Source: an uncultured Nitrospinota bacterium (lineage in GTDB: Bacteria > Tectomicrobia > Entotheonellia > J063 > CAVPRW01). From it: a stretch of 64,000 nt of DNA. Below the pieces are notes generated by a model. It had not been told where the DNA came from, did not search any database, and was given only the letters and a program-made list of their open reading frames with translations. Made by a program: the position numbers and the translations under genes. Positions 32,278 through 43,974 of this stretch are shown one piece after another (within the stretch, counting starts at the first letter, position 1; every line of letters starts with the position of its first letter). Where the stretch lies: positions 32,001-96,000 of the forward strand of contig CAVPRW010000005.1 of NCBI GenBank assembly GCA_963707985.1, read 5' to 3'.

Positions 32278-33159
32278 CTATGAGTCGAGTGACACGCTGG
32301 CTGGCGCTCGGTACATGGCCACCAGCGCAGGCTAACCGCCTGGCAGGCGTCATTGGTCCTATCCCACCAGGCACCGGAATGAGCAGTGCCACCGCCTGGG
32401 GTAAGCCCTCTGGCTGGTGCGGCAGCCATCCGTCCGGGCGGATCACGGGCATCCACCACGATGACCCCAGGCTTTAGGGGGACACCATCCATGGCGGGCA
32501 GATCGTCGGTATCGATGATAAGCACGTCACCGTGTAGAGCATGTTGATCGGCCAGGTGGTGGCAGCTCTCCAGGCCGATACGGTGGCATTCTCGTGCAAG
32601 CAGAGCCACGCCAGGATGCCTGCAAACCCAGAGGCATTCCCGATGCAGATGACACGAGTCCCCTCGAGGGACATGCCGGCCCGCTTGAGCAGCTGGATCG
32701 ATGTCTGCCCCACGCGGCTGGCGCCATATCCGCTTATTGGTCAGGAAGCGCCCGAGATGCAGCGGTTGCATCCCATCGACATCCTTGCCCGGGGCCAAGG
32801 CTGCGGCAAGCTCGCTGAAGCGTGTCGAGAGACGGGCGTGAATGGCAATGCCCGTGATGGTCGGATCAGCATTCAGATCAGCCAGGGTCTGAAGGATGGT
32901 TTGGGAATCACAGAGCTGGGGAAAGACATGCACTTGATGAGAAGACGCCAGTGATGCGACAGGCCTCCGCTTGGAGCACGTGAAGGCGCGCGTCGGGCGG
33001 CCATTCTCCCACCCGAATCTCCGCCAGGGTCGGCGGGGGGCGCCCCTCGTATCTGAGACGAATAACCTCCCGGCGGACCTTCTCCAACAGCTCCTGCGGC
33101 GACATTGCCTCCGTCCCACACACGTCCCACTGCAACCCCTTCCTAGGTTTCAGGCTCAC
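32278..33159 (-). CDS. Divergent FolD paralog lacking catalytic motifs (several indels; could be a pseudogene)
   Basis: Keeps LNADPTITGI, KDVDGMQP, ENATV, KPGVIVVD and PVPGGIGPMT; lacks YxxxK. Confidence 0.65.
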
Positions 33160-33411
33160 TCGTACCGCGCTTAGACATTGATAGAAGAAGGAATTCCGCC
33201 CTATGCTAGCGTTTCTAGCGTTAGCCTGTCAAGGTGATGACGGTGCAGGGGAGGGTCACCCTGTAGCGCCACCGCCTCTCTGTCGATTCCCTCTCCCGGC
33301 GGGCGCCAGGAGGAAGCCACTGTGGTGTGTATCCCGTGGTAGGCATACCAGTCCACGCGAGAGAGTCGGCAGCGGTCAAGATTGACGTCAAGGCGACTGG
33401 GCAAACGAAGC

Positions 33412-34621
33412 TCATGGGCGCTGACGCATCGTGGATGGCGTCGTGGTCGTTTGGCGGACCGTTCCCCTGCTGTGCTGACGCAAGCGGGCGACGATCGGCG
33501 GCAATAGGTGCTAAGACAGTATCCACCTCCGCCAGTGTATTGCCAGTGCCGAGACTAAACCTGACCGCACCTTGAAGCCACTCGTCAGCAAGGCCCATGG
33601 CGATGAGCACGTGCGACGGTTCAAGGCTCCCTGAGCTACAGGCAGACCCGGTGGAGGTCGCGATCCCTTTGAGGTCCAGGGCCACGACCAGGGATTGGCC
33701 GTCTACCCCTTTGAAGCTCAGGTTGGTCGTGGTCGGCAGACGTGGTGCCGTTGCACCATTCGACTATCACGTCGGGGATCGTGGCTTGAATCCCTTGCTC
33801 GAGACGGTCGCGCAACGTCGCAACGCTGGGCATCTCATCGGACATGTGTGTGGCTGCAAGCTGAGCCGCAATCCCAAGCCCGACGATAGCGGCGACATGC
33901 TCTGTCCCACCTCTGAGGCCACGCTCCTGTGGGCCACCGGTCATGATGGGGTCAAGGGCAATCCCCCGCCGCACATAGAGCGCTCCAATCCCTTTGGGGC
34001 CATGCAATCTTGTGGCCCGAGAGGGCCAGGAGATCGACACCAAGGTCATCGACCAGTGTCGGGATCTTGCCTACGCTCTGCACCGCATCGGTATGGACCA
34101 GGATCCCCCGGGTACGCGCCAGTGCCGCACACGTCCGAATGGATTGAATGGTGCCTACTTCGTTGTTGGCGTGCATCAGTGTCACGAGTCGCGTGTCGTC
34201 GGTGAGCACATGGGCGAGATCATCGGTATCGATCGTGCCTGCTGATCCCGGCGGTAAGCCTGGTGACACGAAATCCCCGGGCTTCCAGGGCTCGACAACT
34301 TGCAAGCACGGCAGGATGCTCGATCTGTGAGGTCACCACGTGCCCGCCTTGACGTTGTCGCGCCAGGACGCTACCCAGAATGGCGAGGTTATCCGCTTCT
34401 GTCCCGCCGCTCGTGAAGATAATCTCCTCCCCCCGGGCACCGATGAGCTGTGCCACCCGCTCTCGGGCCTCTTCAACCGCGTCGCGGGCTTGTAAACCTT
34501 CCGTATGCAGGCTGGATGGATTACCAAAGACATCGGTGAGAAAGGGGCGCATGGCTTGCCAAACTGTGGGGTGCAGCGGCGTAGTCGCATTGTGATCGAA
34601 ATAGATGAACCGTTCACCCAT
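33412..34621 (-). CDS. Cysteine desulfurase, group I (NifS/IscS-like) copy 3 (several indels)
   Basis: [41 protein letters not shown]. Confidence 0.88.
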
Positions 34622-35000
34622 GCGCTGCCTCGTAGTGTTCAAGTGCCTCCTTGAGGGCCTCTTCCGCCAGCGAGGCGGCGTGGAGCTTGACTTTGGGTAA
34701 TCCACCCAGGGCAGTAGTGATCATCTCGGGGGTAATGTCCTGCACGTCAGTGAGGGCTTTGCCCTGAATCATCTCTGTCAGCAATGAACTGGCGGCAATC
34801 GCGGCTTCACAGCCAAAGGTTTTGAAGCGCACCTGAGCGATGCGGCCGTCACTGATTTTCAGCATGAGTTGCAGCATATCACCGCAAACCGGATTGCTCA
34901 CTGAGGCCTGTGCATTGGCATCTGCCAACTCGCCAACATTGCGAGGATTCTGAAAATGATCGATCACAATCGTACTGTAGCCACTTCCCATCGTCGCCAT
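34614..35000 (-). CDS. iscU: IscU/NifU-N Fe-S scaffold homolog (third Cys replaced)
   Basis: DHFQNPRNVG, NPVCGD, FKTFGC, LPKVKLHAASLA. Confidence 0.85.
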   Translation of the reverse strand: MATMGSGYSTIVIDHFQNPRNVGELADANAQASVSNPVCGDMLQLMLKISDGRIAQVRFKTFGCEAAIAASSLLTEMIQGKALTDVQDITPEMITTALGGLPKVKLHAASLAEEALKEALEHYEAAHG

Positions 35001-35131
35001 GAGTCGTCCTCATACCCTCGAAGAATGACGGCTGACACGACAGCGCTAGGGCAGGAACCACAGATGCATGCAGGTACATGTCGATCATCTGTGTCGCTCC
35101 CCGTCTATCTGCAGTGACCTGCTGGCCCCTT

Positions 35132-36294
35132 TCAAGCCAATGGCGACAGCAGGCGCAAGCGCTCGACTGTCGAGGGTAATACGTCGAGCACGCGCTCGAT
35201 GTCTGCGTCGGTGGTCGTCCAGCCCAAACTGAAGCGCACTGAGCCCTCGCTCACCTCCCGCGCGACCCCCATGACCTCCAGGACCTGGGACGGCACGCCT
35301 TGCCGTGAGCTACACGAGGCTCCAGTGGAAACCGCTATCCCCAGCAAATCTAAATTAAACACGAGCGCTTCACCTTTGACCCCAGCAAAGCTGAGATTCG
35401 CGGTATTTGGCAGCCGCTCACCGCCCTCCCCGAGCTGGTGTACGGCGCCAATCCGGCTCAGCACTCCGGCTTCCAGCTGATCACGTCAGCGCGTGAGTCG
35501 CGTGTCTTCGTCGCCCAGGCGCTGGGATATCAGGGCACAGGCTCGTTCCGAGCGCGATGATGCTTGGGACATCCTCGGTACCGGCTCGTCGTTCCCGCTC
35601 TTGATGCCCACCGTATACGACCGGCTGCATGGTTGCCCCCAAGTGCTCACGAATATAGAGCGCGCCGACGCCTTTAGGCCCTCCAAATTTATGTCCCGCC
35701 AGTGATAAGAGGTCGATCCCCGCCGCCATGACATCGACCGGTACACGGCCCACCGCCTGTACGGCATCGACATGCACCGCCACCCCATGGGCATGGGCGA
35801 CATCCACCAGCGCTGTCGACCGGCTGCAGGGTCCCCACTTCGTGATTGCCATAGGTCAGCGTGAACAGGATCGTGTGCGGGCGAATGCTGCGGGCCAGCA
35901 CATCAGGATGCACTCGCCCGAGGCTATCCACGGGCAAATATGTGAGATCAAATCCGCACTGCTCCAGCGCTCGACACGTATCTAACACAGCGGGTGCTCA
36001 ACCCCGTGGTGATGATGTGGTGGCCACGCGCACGGTTGCCGTGAGCATAGCCACGGATCGCGAGGTTGACAGCTTCGGTGCCGCCACTGGTGAAGACGAG
36101 GTCGAGAGGGTTCGGAGCACCAATCAGTCGGGCCACCTGCTCACGGGCGTCCTCGACGGCCATACGTGCCTCACGACCCTGCCGATGGATGCTGGAGGCG
36201 TTCCCCCACACCGACGTGTAGTAGGGAATGGCCGCCTCAAACGCCTCGGGAGGAGTGGCGCCGTAGCATTGTAGTCGAGGTAGACGCGTCGCAT
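35132..36294 (-). CDS. Cysteine desulfurase, group I copy 2 (several indels)
   Basis: [47 protein letters not shown]. Confidence 0.88.
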
Positions 36295-36319
36295 TAGGCA
36301 CCCATGGTCCGTGCGTCGG

Positions 36320-37525
36320 TCATCGGCCTGACCTGGAGGCGATCCCACGCGCCAGCATCTCATATTGCGGCGACAACTCGCGCAAGCGCTTCACCCGGCT
36401 TACCAAGGTCTGGACGGTAAAATCCACCTCTGCCTCCGTGGTCCAGCGCCCCAGACCGAATCGGATTGAGGCATGCACTAATGCATCGTCAAGCCCCATG
36501 GCCCTTAGCACGTAGGAGGGCTCAAGCGTCGTCGAGGTGCAGGCCGAGCCCGAGGAGCAGGCGACCTCCGTCATACCCATGATCAGCGCCTCTGCCTCGA
36601 CACCCGCAAAACTGAGGTTGATGTTGTTTGGCAGACGCTGCGTCGGATGGCCATTTGGATACGTATGGTCTAACCCCTGCATGACGCCGGCGACGAAACG
36701 CTCCCGCAGTCGGGTTAGGCGCTCCCCCTCTTCGGGCCAGGCGTGCATGCCGATTTCACAAGCCTTGCCGAGGCCAACGATGCCGGGGACGTTCAGGGTA
36801 CCTGAACGAAGTCCGCGCTCATGGCCACCACCATCTAACAGCGGTATCATCTTGATGCGGCGCGGGCGGGTCTTGCGCACATACAACGCCCCGACTCCCT
36901 TTGGGCCATACATTTTATGCGCCGAAATCGACAACAGGTCGAGCTGCAGATCGTCAACATTGCACGCGATCTTGCCCACTGTTTGCACCGCATCACTATG
37001 GAAAAAGACACCGCGCGCCTTGACGATGGCGCCAATCTCCGCCACCGGTTGCACGGTACCGACCTCGTTATTAGCGTGCATGATGCTGACCAGGATCGTT
37101 TGCTTGGTGATCGCCTGCCGCACCGTCTCAGGATCTACCAAGCCGTCACGGTCCACCGGTAGATAGGTAATCGTAAACCCTTCTTGTTCCAGGGTGTGGC
37201 AGGAATCGAGGATGGCGCGATGTTCCGTCTGTTGGGTGACGATATGGCGGCCCTGCCCGCTGTAGGCACGTGCAATACCCTTGATCGCCAGGTTGTCAGA
37301 CTCCGTGGCCCCGCTGGTGAAGAAAATCTCCTCCGGCTGTGCCCCGATCAACGTCGCAACTTGATCACGGGCTCGGTCCACTGCCTCTTCCGCCGCCCAC
37401 CCCCAGGCGTGGCCACGACTGGAGGGATCGCCGAATTGATCGGTCAAATACGGCATCATGGCCTCTAGCACCTCGCGATCGATGGGCGTGGTGGTCTGAT
37501 GATCCATATAGATGGGCTGTTTCAT
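36320..37525 (-). CDS. iscS: Cysteine desulfurase IscS
   Basis: FTSGATESDN, SAHKMYGPKG, GGGHERGLRSGT, SSGSACTS, SIRFGLGR. Confidence 0.93.
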   Translation of the reverse strand: MKQPIYMDHQTTTPIDREVLEAMMPYLTDQFGDPSSRGHAWGWAAEEAVDRARDQVATLIGAQPEEIFFTSGATESDNLAIKGIARAYSGQGRHIVTQQTEHRAILDSCHTLEQEGFTITYLPVDRDGLVDPETVRQAITKQTILVSIMHANNEVGTVQPVAEIGAIVKARGVFFHSDAVQTVGKIACNVDDLQLDLLSISAHKMYGPKGVGALYVRKTRPRRIKMIPLLDGGGHERGLRSGTLNVPGIVGLGKACEIGMHAWPEEGERLTRLRERFVAGVMQGLDHTYPNGHPTQRLPNNINLSFAGVEAEALIMGMTEVACSSGSACTSTTLEPSYVLRAMGLDDALVHASIRFGLGRWTTEAEVDFTVQTLVSRVKRLRELSPQYEMLARGIASRSGR

Positions 37526-37531
37526 CCCACG

Positions 37532-38239
37532 TTATTCCTCCGGCTGCTGTGCCGGTGCGGACCAGGGTTGACGTATTTCATGTCGTGTGCGGCGCACCTC
37601 TTGGCGGAGTTGGTGGAGCTCGCGCTCCAGCTCGCGGACTTTGTCAGCTAAATAATTGATGGCCTTGGCCTCGGGATCCGGCAGGTCGTGATGATCCAGG
37701 TCGATGGTCTCGACATCTTTCCCTGCACTGCGTTGCACCACGCGCCCGGGGATGCCCACCACGGTCGAGTGCGGCGGCACCTCGGTCACCACCACTGACC
37801 CTGCACCGATCTTGCTGTGGTCGCCGATGGTAATCGCCCCGAGGATCTTGGCACCGGCGCCGACCACGATGTTCTGCCCCAACGTCGGGTGACGCTTTTC
37901 CTTCTTCAAACTGGTGCCGCCGAGCGTCACGCCCTGATACAAGGTACAATTAGCGCCGACCTCAGTAGTTTCCCCGATCACGACTCCCATGCCGTGATCG
38001 ATGAACAGCCCTGGCCCAATCTGCGCTCCAGGATGGATCTCGATGCCGGTGGCGAAGCGCCCCACATGGGAGATAAAGCGTCCAAGGGTGAGCCATCGAC
38101 GACTCCACAACCAATGCGCTGTGCGATGGAAGAACAGGGCGTGCACCCCAGGGTAGCACCATAACACCTCGATGACACTCCGAGCGGCTGGATCACGCTC
38201 AAACACCACCCGGATATCGTGCTTCAACGTGTCGAACAT
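37532..38239 (-). CDS. cysE: Serine O-acetyltransferase
   Basis: [41 protein letters not shown]. Confidence 0.96.
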   Translation of the reverse strand: MFDTLKHDIRVVFERDPAARSVIEVLWCYPGVHALFFHRTAHWLWSRRWLTLGRFISHVGRFATGIEIHPGAQIGPGLFIDHGMGVVIGETTEVGANCTLYQGVTLGGTSLKKEKRHPTLGQNIVVGAGAKILGAITIGDHSKIGAGSVVVTEVPPHSTVVGIPGRVVQRSAGKDVETIDLDHHDLPDPEAKAINYLADKVRELERELHQLRQEVRRTRHEIRQPWSAPAQQPEE

Positions 38240-38251
38240 GTCTGTGTTCCC

Positions 38252-38980
38252 CTACCCGTCGGCCGCAAGCTGCTCCGCGAAACTGCGTGGAAAACCGCAT
38301 CCCTGGCCAAGAATACGCTGAATCACCTGGCGTTCGACTAACGATTGCACCGTCAGACTGACGTCCTGCACCGTACCCATCGCCACCCATTCCTGGACTT
38401 TGACGTGGGGAATTTGCATGGCAAAGTCGTTGAATGTGCCCTCCAGGCGGCGACGCAGTTGTTGCTGGCCCTCCCGGCCGACGAGTCCGAGCTCACGCAA
38501 CTTCTGCGTCGGTTCGGTACTCGCTCCCCCAGCCTGCGCGCTCGCAAAACAAGCTCGCACCTGGTAATCGATCACGGCCTTGTGCAGAGTCAACATTGCG
38601 GCTCCCGCATGCTCCATGATCAAGACACTGGGGCCGCCCAGGACGCGCTCAAAATCATCCCACCGCCATTGTAGGACAGCCTCCAGCGGGCTTCCCTGGG
38701 CTAGATGGCAGAGGATATCGCCAGCAACTTGCATCCACGGATCACACATATGACATTGCCAGCGGATCTGCTCTATGTGAGCGTCTTCGACCCAAATAGA
38801 CATATGGATGACATCGCTGCTGCGTCCCGGGCATGCCATGACGAAGCCCGTACCGTTGACGCGCGTAGGCTTACCCATGAGGCCGCCTACTGCCCAGATC
38901 TTCTGGTAATACCGGATGGCGTGGCGATCGGCCGAGATTCCTCCTTCGCCGCGCATGTCCGGCTCACGTTCGCCCGCCAT
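38252..38980 (-). CDS. Hypothetical protein: divergent IscU/SufU-like N-domain plus ACP-like C-domain
   Basis: ACPGRSSDVIHMSIWVED..IEQIRWQCHMC; LRELGL...LRRRLEGTF...IP...GTVQDV. Confidence 0.55.
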   Translation of the reverse strand: MAGEREPDMRGEGGISADRHAIRYYQKIWAVGGLMGKPTRVNGTGFVMACPGRSSDVIHMSIWVEDAHIEQIRWQCHMCDPWMQVAGDILCHLAQGSPLEAVLQWRWDDFERVLGGPSVLIMEHAGAAMLTLHKAVIDYQVRACFASAQAGGASTEPTQKLRELGLVGREGQQQLRRRLEGTFNDFAMQIPHVKVQEWVAMGTVQDVSLTVQSLVERQVIQRILGQGCGFPRSFAEQLAADG

Positions 38981-39054
38981 AATGCCCTCGGCTTCTACAC
39001 CCTGGCCCTCTCGGAAAGAATAGGATGAGCGAGGGAGGTGGTCGCATGTCACCC

Positions 39055-40395
39055 TCAACGACGCGTGTCGAGGTATGGGGCACAGAGATCCAGAAACGTG
39101 CGACACTCTTCGAGTGTATTATACAGATAAAATGACAATCGGATACGTGCGGCGTTCCGGGGGAAACAGTAGGGGTGCACGCAGAAGTCTCCGGTGCGGA
39201 ACATGATATTCCCTTCGCTGCAGCGGTCAAGGATGTCTTCTTCCAGCCTCCAGGGATCCTCGCCTGATCGTGCCGGAACTTCGAAGGTGCAAATCGATGC
39301 CCGTCGCTGCACATCCCTCGGCCCCAAAATCGTGATCGTACCCGCCATATGAGCGTCCCACAGAGCCTCCGTGACCAACCGATTGAGCTCGACCTGATGC
39401 TGATGGATGAGGTGAATTTTATCCTGGAGGTAGTCCACAGCTGCCCCAGCGCCGATAATACCAGACCAGTTCTGTAGGCCGGCCTCATAACGCGCTGGCG
39501 AGTCGGCATAGATCGGTACTTGGTCATCGAAGGTGCGGGTCACCGTCCCTCCGCCCGAAGGGAAAAATCCTTCCGTCAAGCACGTGGGGTCTTTCATGTA
39601 ACAAACCCCCACACCGGTCGGCCCCAGCATCTTATGGATGGAGAAGGCCATAAAATCGACGTCCAGCGCTTGCACATCGACGGGGATATGGGGCACGCTC
39701 TGTGCCGCATCGAGCATGACGTAAATGAGCGGATCATGATTGTGACAGTAGGTCGTGATCTGTTTCAGGGCCGCCTCTGGGATGGTATAGCCATCCAGGT
39801 TATAGATGTGGGCTAGGCTCACGAGCTTAACGGGCCCGACATGGCGGTCGATCTCATCCAGCTCGTGCAGAAAGGCCTCGACGTCGAACTCGGCGTCTGG
39901 GGCATCGGAGCCACCTCGTTTGATCACTTTCGGGAGAATGCCGCGCGTTTTCGCCAGATCCCACCAGACGGTGCGATTCGAGTTGTGCTCCCGGTCGCCG
40001 GTAACGACCACCTCCCCTTCTTCCCAGAAGAGGCCGCGCGCCACCAGGTTGATGGCCTCAGTGGTGTTCTTGACAAACACCACATGCTTTGGCCACTCCA
40101 GATCCCCCGGGTCATACGCCGCGCGCTGGTGTGCTCCTGGGGTATTGATGAAGCGGGCGATGGCGAGGCGCGCCTGGTGCACTTTTACCTTCACCTCGTT
40201 GGCCCATGCATACCGTGAACGCCCAACACAGGACGGATATTGTTCATAATATTCCGTCACGGCGGCGATCACCTGCCGTGGGGGGATGGTACCCGCAGCG
40301 TTGTCAAAGTATATCGGCAGGCGCCCATTGGCCCCTGGGCGCTGCAACGCTGGGAAATCGTCACGAAGGCGCTTCACATCAAGCCCCTGACCCAT
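39055..40395 (-). CDS. Class V aminotransferase, divergent SufS/CsdA-like cysteine desulfurase
   Basis: RDDFPAL, YFDNAA, NTTEAINLV, DAAQSVPH, FSIHKMLGP, RTGDFCVHP, RLSFYLYNT. Confidence 0.85.
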   Translation of the reverse strand: MGQGLDVKRLRDDFPALQRPGANGRLPIYFDNAAGTIPPRQVIAAVTEYYEQYPSCVGRSRYAWANEVKVKVHQARLAIARFINTPGAHQRAAYDPGDLEWPKHVVFVKNTTEAINLVARGLFWEEGEVVVTGDREHNSNRTVWWDLAKTRGILPKVIKRGGSDAPDAEFDVEAFLHELDEIDRHVGPVKLVSLAHIYNLDGYTIPEAALKQITTYCHNHDPLIYVMLDAAQSVPHIPVDVQALDVDFMAFSIHKMLGPTGVGVCYMKDPTCLTEGFFPSGGGTVTRTFDDQVPIYADSPARYEAGLQNWSGIIGAGAAVDYLQDKIHLIHQHQVELNRLVTEALWDAHMAGTITILGPRDVQRRASICTFEVPARSGEDPWRLEEDILDRCSEGNIMFRTGDFCVHPYCFPRNAARIRLSFYLYNTLEECRTFLDLCAPYLDTRR

Positions 40396-40688
40396 GGACC
40401 ATCCCTCCTGCCAGATCACGCTGGAACTCTCCCGCCGCTCATGACTGCCATCACAGTGGTATACTGCTGCTGCGGCCGGAGACTTAGGCACGCTGGCGAC
40501 CCACACAGACGACTGCCTTTGGCGGCAATTTGGTTGTGCTTCGCAAACAACCAGTAACGCGCCAATATATCGACCTTGCTTCCACCAGTGCAAGGGAAAG
40601 TTGTTGCACGCTAATCTTGCCATCTCGAAGGCTATGTGATATCAAAAGAGGCGAAGATTTACCAACGCAATAGATCGGAACTAGCCCC

Positions 40689-41864
40689 ATGGATCACCGC
40701 TTGTTTCTTCGCCAACAGATCACGACTGCAGCCACGGCATTAGGGTTCGACCTGATCGGCATCACCTCTGCCGCACCCCTCGCCCATGGAGGACATCTGC
40801 GCGCCTGGGTGGCGCAAGGTTTTGCCGGCGAGATGGGCTATATGAGCCGTAACGTTGAGAAACGCCTGGAGCCCTCTCGCGTGTTGCCTGACGTGCGTTC
40901 GATCATTGTTCTCGGCATGAATTATTATACCTCACCTGCCGGGCCGGAGGCATCACCGGGTCGCGGCTGGATTTCACGATATGCCTGGGGACAGGATTAT
41001 CACACGGTGCTCGGTGACAAATTGCAAGCCTTGGTCGCCTGCATCAGGGCGATCGAGGGACCTGACATGCAGGCACGCTGGTATGTTGATACTGGCCCCA
41101 TCCTTGAGCGTGAGCTGGCGTGGCGGGCTGGTCTGGGGTGGCCCGGCAAAAACACCAACCTGATCAACCGGCAGGTGGGCTCCTGGCTATTTCTGGGCGC
41201 TATATTACTGAATCGTGAGCTCATCTACGATACCCCAGCCACAGCCCATTGCGGCACCTGCACGCGATGCCTGATCGCATGTCCCACCAGAGCATTGGTG
41301 GCGCCTGGGGTACTCGACGCGCGGCGCTGTATCTCCTATCTGACGATCGAGCTGCGCGGCTCTATCCCTCGCGAGCTCAGGCCCTTGCTGGGAACACACA
41401 TCTTCGGGTGTGATATCTGTCAGGCGGTGTGCCCCTGGAATCGCCAGGCTCCGGAGTCATCTGAACCAGCATTTCTGCCGCGCGCAGGTTTCGCCGCTCC
41501 GGAGCTCATCTCATTGCTTTCCCTCTCGGACGAGCAGTTTCGTGCTCGGTTCCACGGCAGTCCCATCACTCGCGCCAAACGGCGAGGGTTGTTGCGCAAT
41601 GTCGCCGTGGCCCTGGGGAATCTGCGCGATCGGCGGGCATTACCAGCCCTGGAAGCGGCACTGTATGAGGCTGAGCCGCTCATCCGTAGCCATGCCGCCT
41701 GGGCCCTGGGACGCCTTGGCGGTGGTGAGGCGCGACAAGCATTGCAGGCAGCGCTCGGCACAGAACACGATGGAGATGTGCAAGAAGAAATAACCTTGGC
41801 GCTGAAGGAGCTTACGGAGGAAGTTGAGGTGTCAGGTGTGGCAGGCGTTGCGCGGCATCGGTAG
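40689..41864 (+). CDS. queG: Epoxyqueuosine reductase with C-terminal HEAT repeats
   Basis: ISRYAWGQDYH, YVDTGPILER, CGTCTRCLIACPT, CISYLTIE, GCDICQAVCPWN. Confidence 0.94.
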   Translation: MDHRLFLRQQITTAATALGFDLIGITSAAPLAHGGHLRAWVAQGFAGEMGYMSRNVEKRLEPSRVLPDVRSIIVLGMNYYTSPAGPEASPGRGWISRYAWGQDYHTVLGDKLQALVACIRAIEGPDMQARWYVDTGPILERELAWRAGLGWPGKNTNLINRQVGSWLFLGAILLNRELIYDTPATAHCGTCTRCLIACPTRALVAPGVLDARRCISYLTIELRGSIPRELRPLLGTHIFGCDICQAVCPWNRQAPESSEPAFLPRAGFAAPELISLLSLSDEQFRARFHGSPITRAKRRGLLRNVAVALGNLRDRRALPALEAALYEAEPLIRSHAAWALGRLGGGEARQALQAALGTEHDGDVQEEITLALKELTEEVEVSGVAGVARHR

Positions 41865-42588
41865 CCATCTGGTTGCCGTCATCTTACCTCAGCACTGCTA
41901 TCATTGTGGACGGCCCATCGCCTCCGCACGGCATGGAGCGTTCTGCGACAGCTGTTGGCGCTTGATCCGTCTGATCACACCACCATACTGTCCCTGTTGC
42001 GGGGAACCATTCCGTTCGCCAATCGCTTTGACGCACAGTCCAGCGTATCGCTGTGGAGCCTGTCGCGCTGCCCCACCTCCGTTCGATCATGCCCGTGCCG
42101 TTGGGCGGTACGAAGGCCCATTGCGGCAAGCGATTCATCAGCTCAAATACCGCGGCAAGTTGCACCTCACGCAGCCATTGCTTGACCTCGCCATCGCGCA
42201 CTTTGACGAGCACTTTCCTGGAACGGTGTTTGACGCGATCATCCCGGTCCCTCTGCATCGAGAGCGGCTCATGCAACGGGAGTTCAATCAGGCGACGCTG
42301 TTCGCCAGGGGGCTGGCACATCATCTGCGCGCCCCGGTCTTGGAGCGGTTGCTGGTTCGCGTCCGCCCCACGCGACCCCAGGTGGAGCTGAGCAGCAGCG
42401 AGCGTCGCCAGAACGTCAAGCACGCGTTTGCCGTGACGCCTGTCGCGGCGCTTGAGGACAAGCGGGTGCTGGTCGTGGATGACGTACTCACCACTGGTGC
42501 GACACTTGGAGAGATCGCCAGGACACTCAAGGTCGCGGGTGCGATGCAGGTGGATGTGTTTGCCCTTGCCCGTGTGGTGCGAGACTGA
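41824..42588 (+). CDS. comF: ComF family protein (double zinc ribbon plus PRTase)
   Basis: Four CxxC pairs; IPVPLH, REFNQA, VLVVDDVLTTGAT. Confidence 0.9.
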   Translation: MRCQVWQALRGIGSHLVAVILPQHCYHCGRPIASARHGAFCDSCWRLIRLITPPYCPCCGEPFRSPIALTHSPAYRCGACRAAPPPFDHARAVGRYEGPLRQAIHQLKYRGKLHLTQPLLDLAIAHFDEHFPGTVFDAIIPVPLHRERLMQREFNQATLFARGLAHHLRAPVLERLLVRVRPTRPQVELSSSERRQNVKHAFAVTPVAALEDKRVLVVDDVLTTGATLGEIARTLKVAGAMQVDVFALARVVRD

Positions 42589-42660
42589 TGGTGTACCATC
42601 ACCAGGACCATAGCTGTGAGATCTCGGTCAGCCGTCAGGCCTTGCCCAGCCGGGGTCTAG

Positions 42661-42688
42661 TTGACTATTCTGCAAAAATGGATATACT
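42661..42688 (+). promoter_or_regulatory. sigma70-type promoter of the gap operon
   Basis: TTGACT-N16-TATACT. Confidence 0.5.
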
Positions 42689-42912
42689 TGACCGACCATT
42701 CGATAGTTGGGGTATGCTGGGCACTATATTCATGATCAGTAGCGTTGCACGCCACCGTTTTGACAAGTATGGCCAAATATTTCGAAACGCTGCAGCGTTC
42801 GAATCGTTGCTGTACCGTCCTGGTTGACGTCTGGCTCTGCTGCCCGATGTCTGGTCTTCTCAGTGTTCCGGGAGGCCAAGGGTGAGGCAGCTTTAGGGGG
42901 AAGGCAGGCTAA

Positions 42913-43950
<1,038 letters not shown>

Positions 43951-43974
43951 ACCGCATCCCTCCCCACAAAGGAT

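Noticed and set aside
8083..36294. Frameshifted core genes as pseudogenes or programmed frameshifts
   Set aside because: Motifs are intact, there are no in-frame stops and no consistent slippery sites; sequencing error is simpler.
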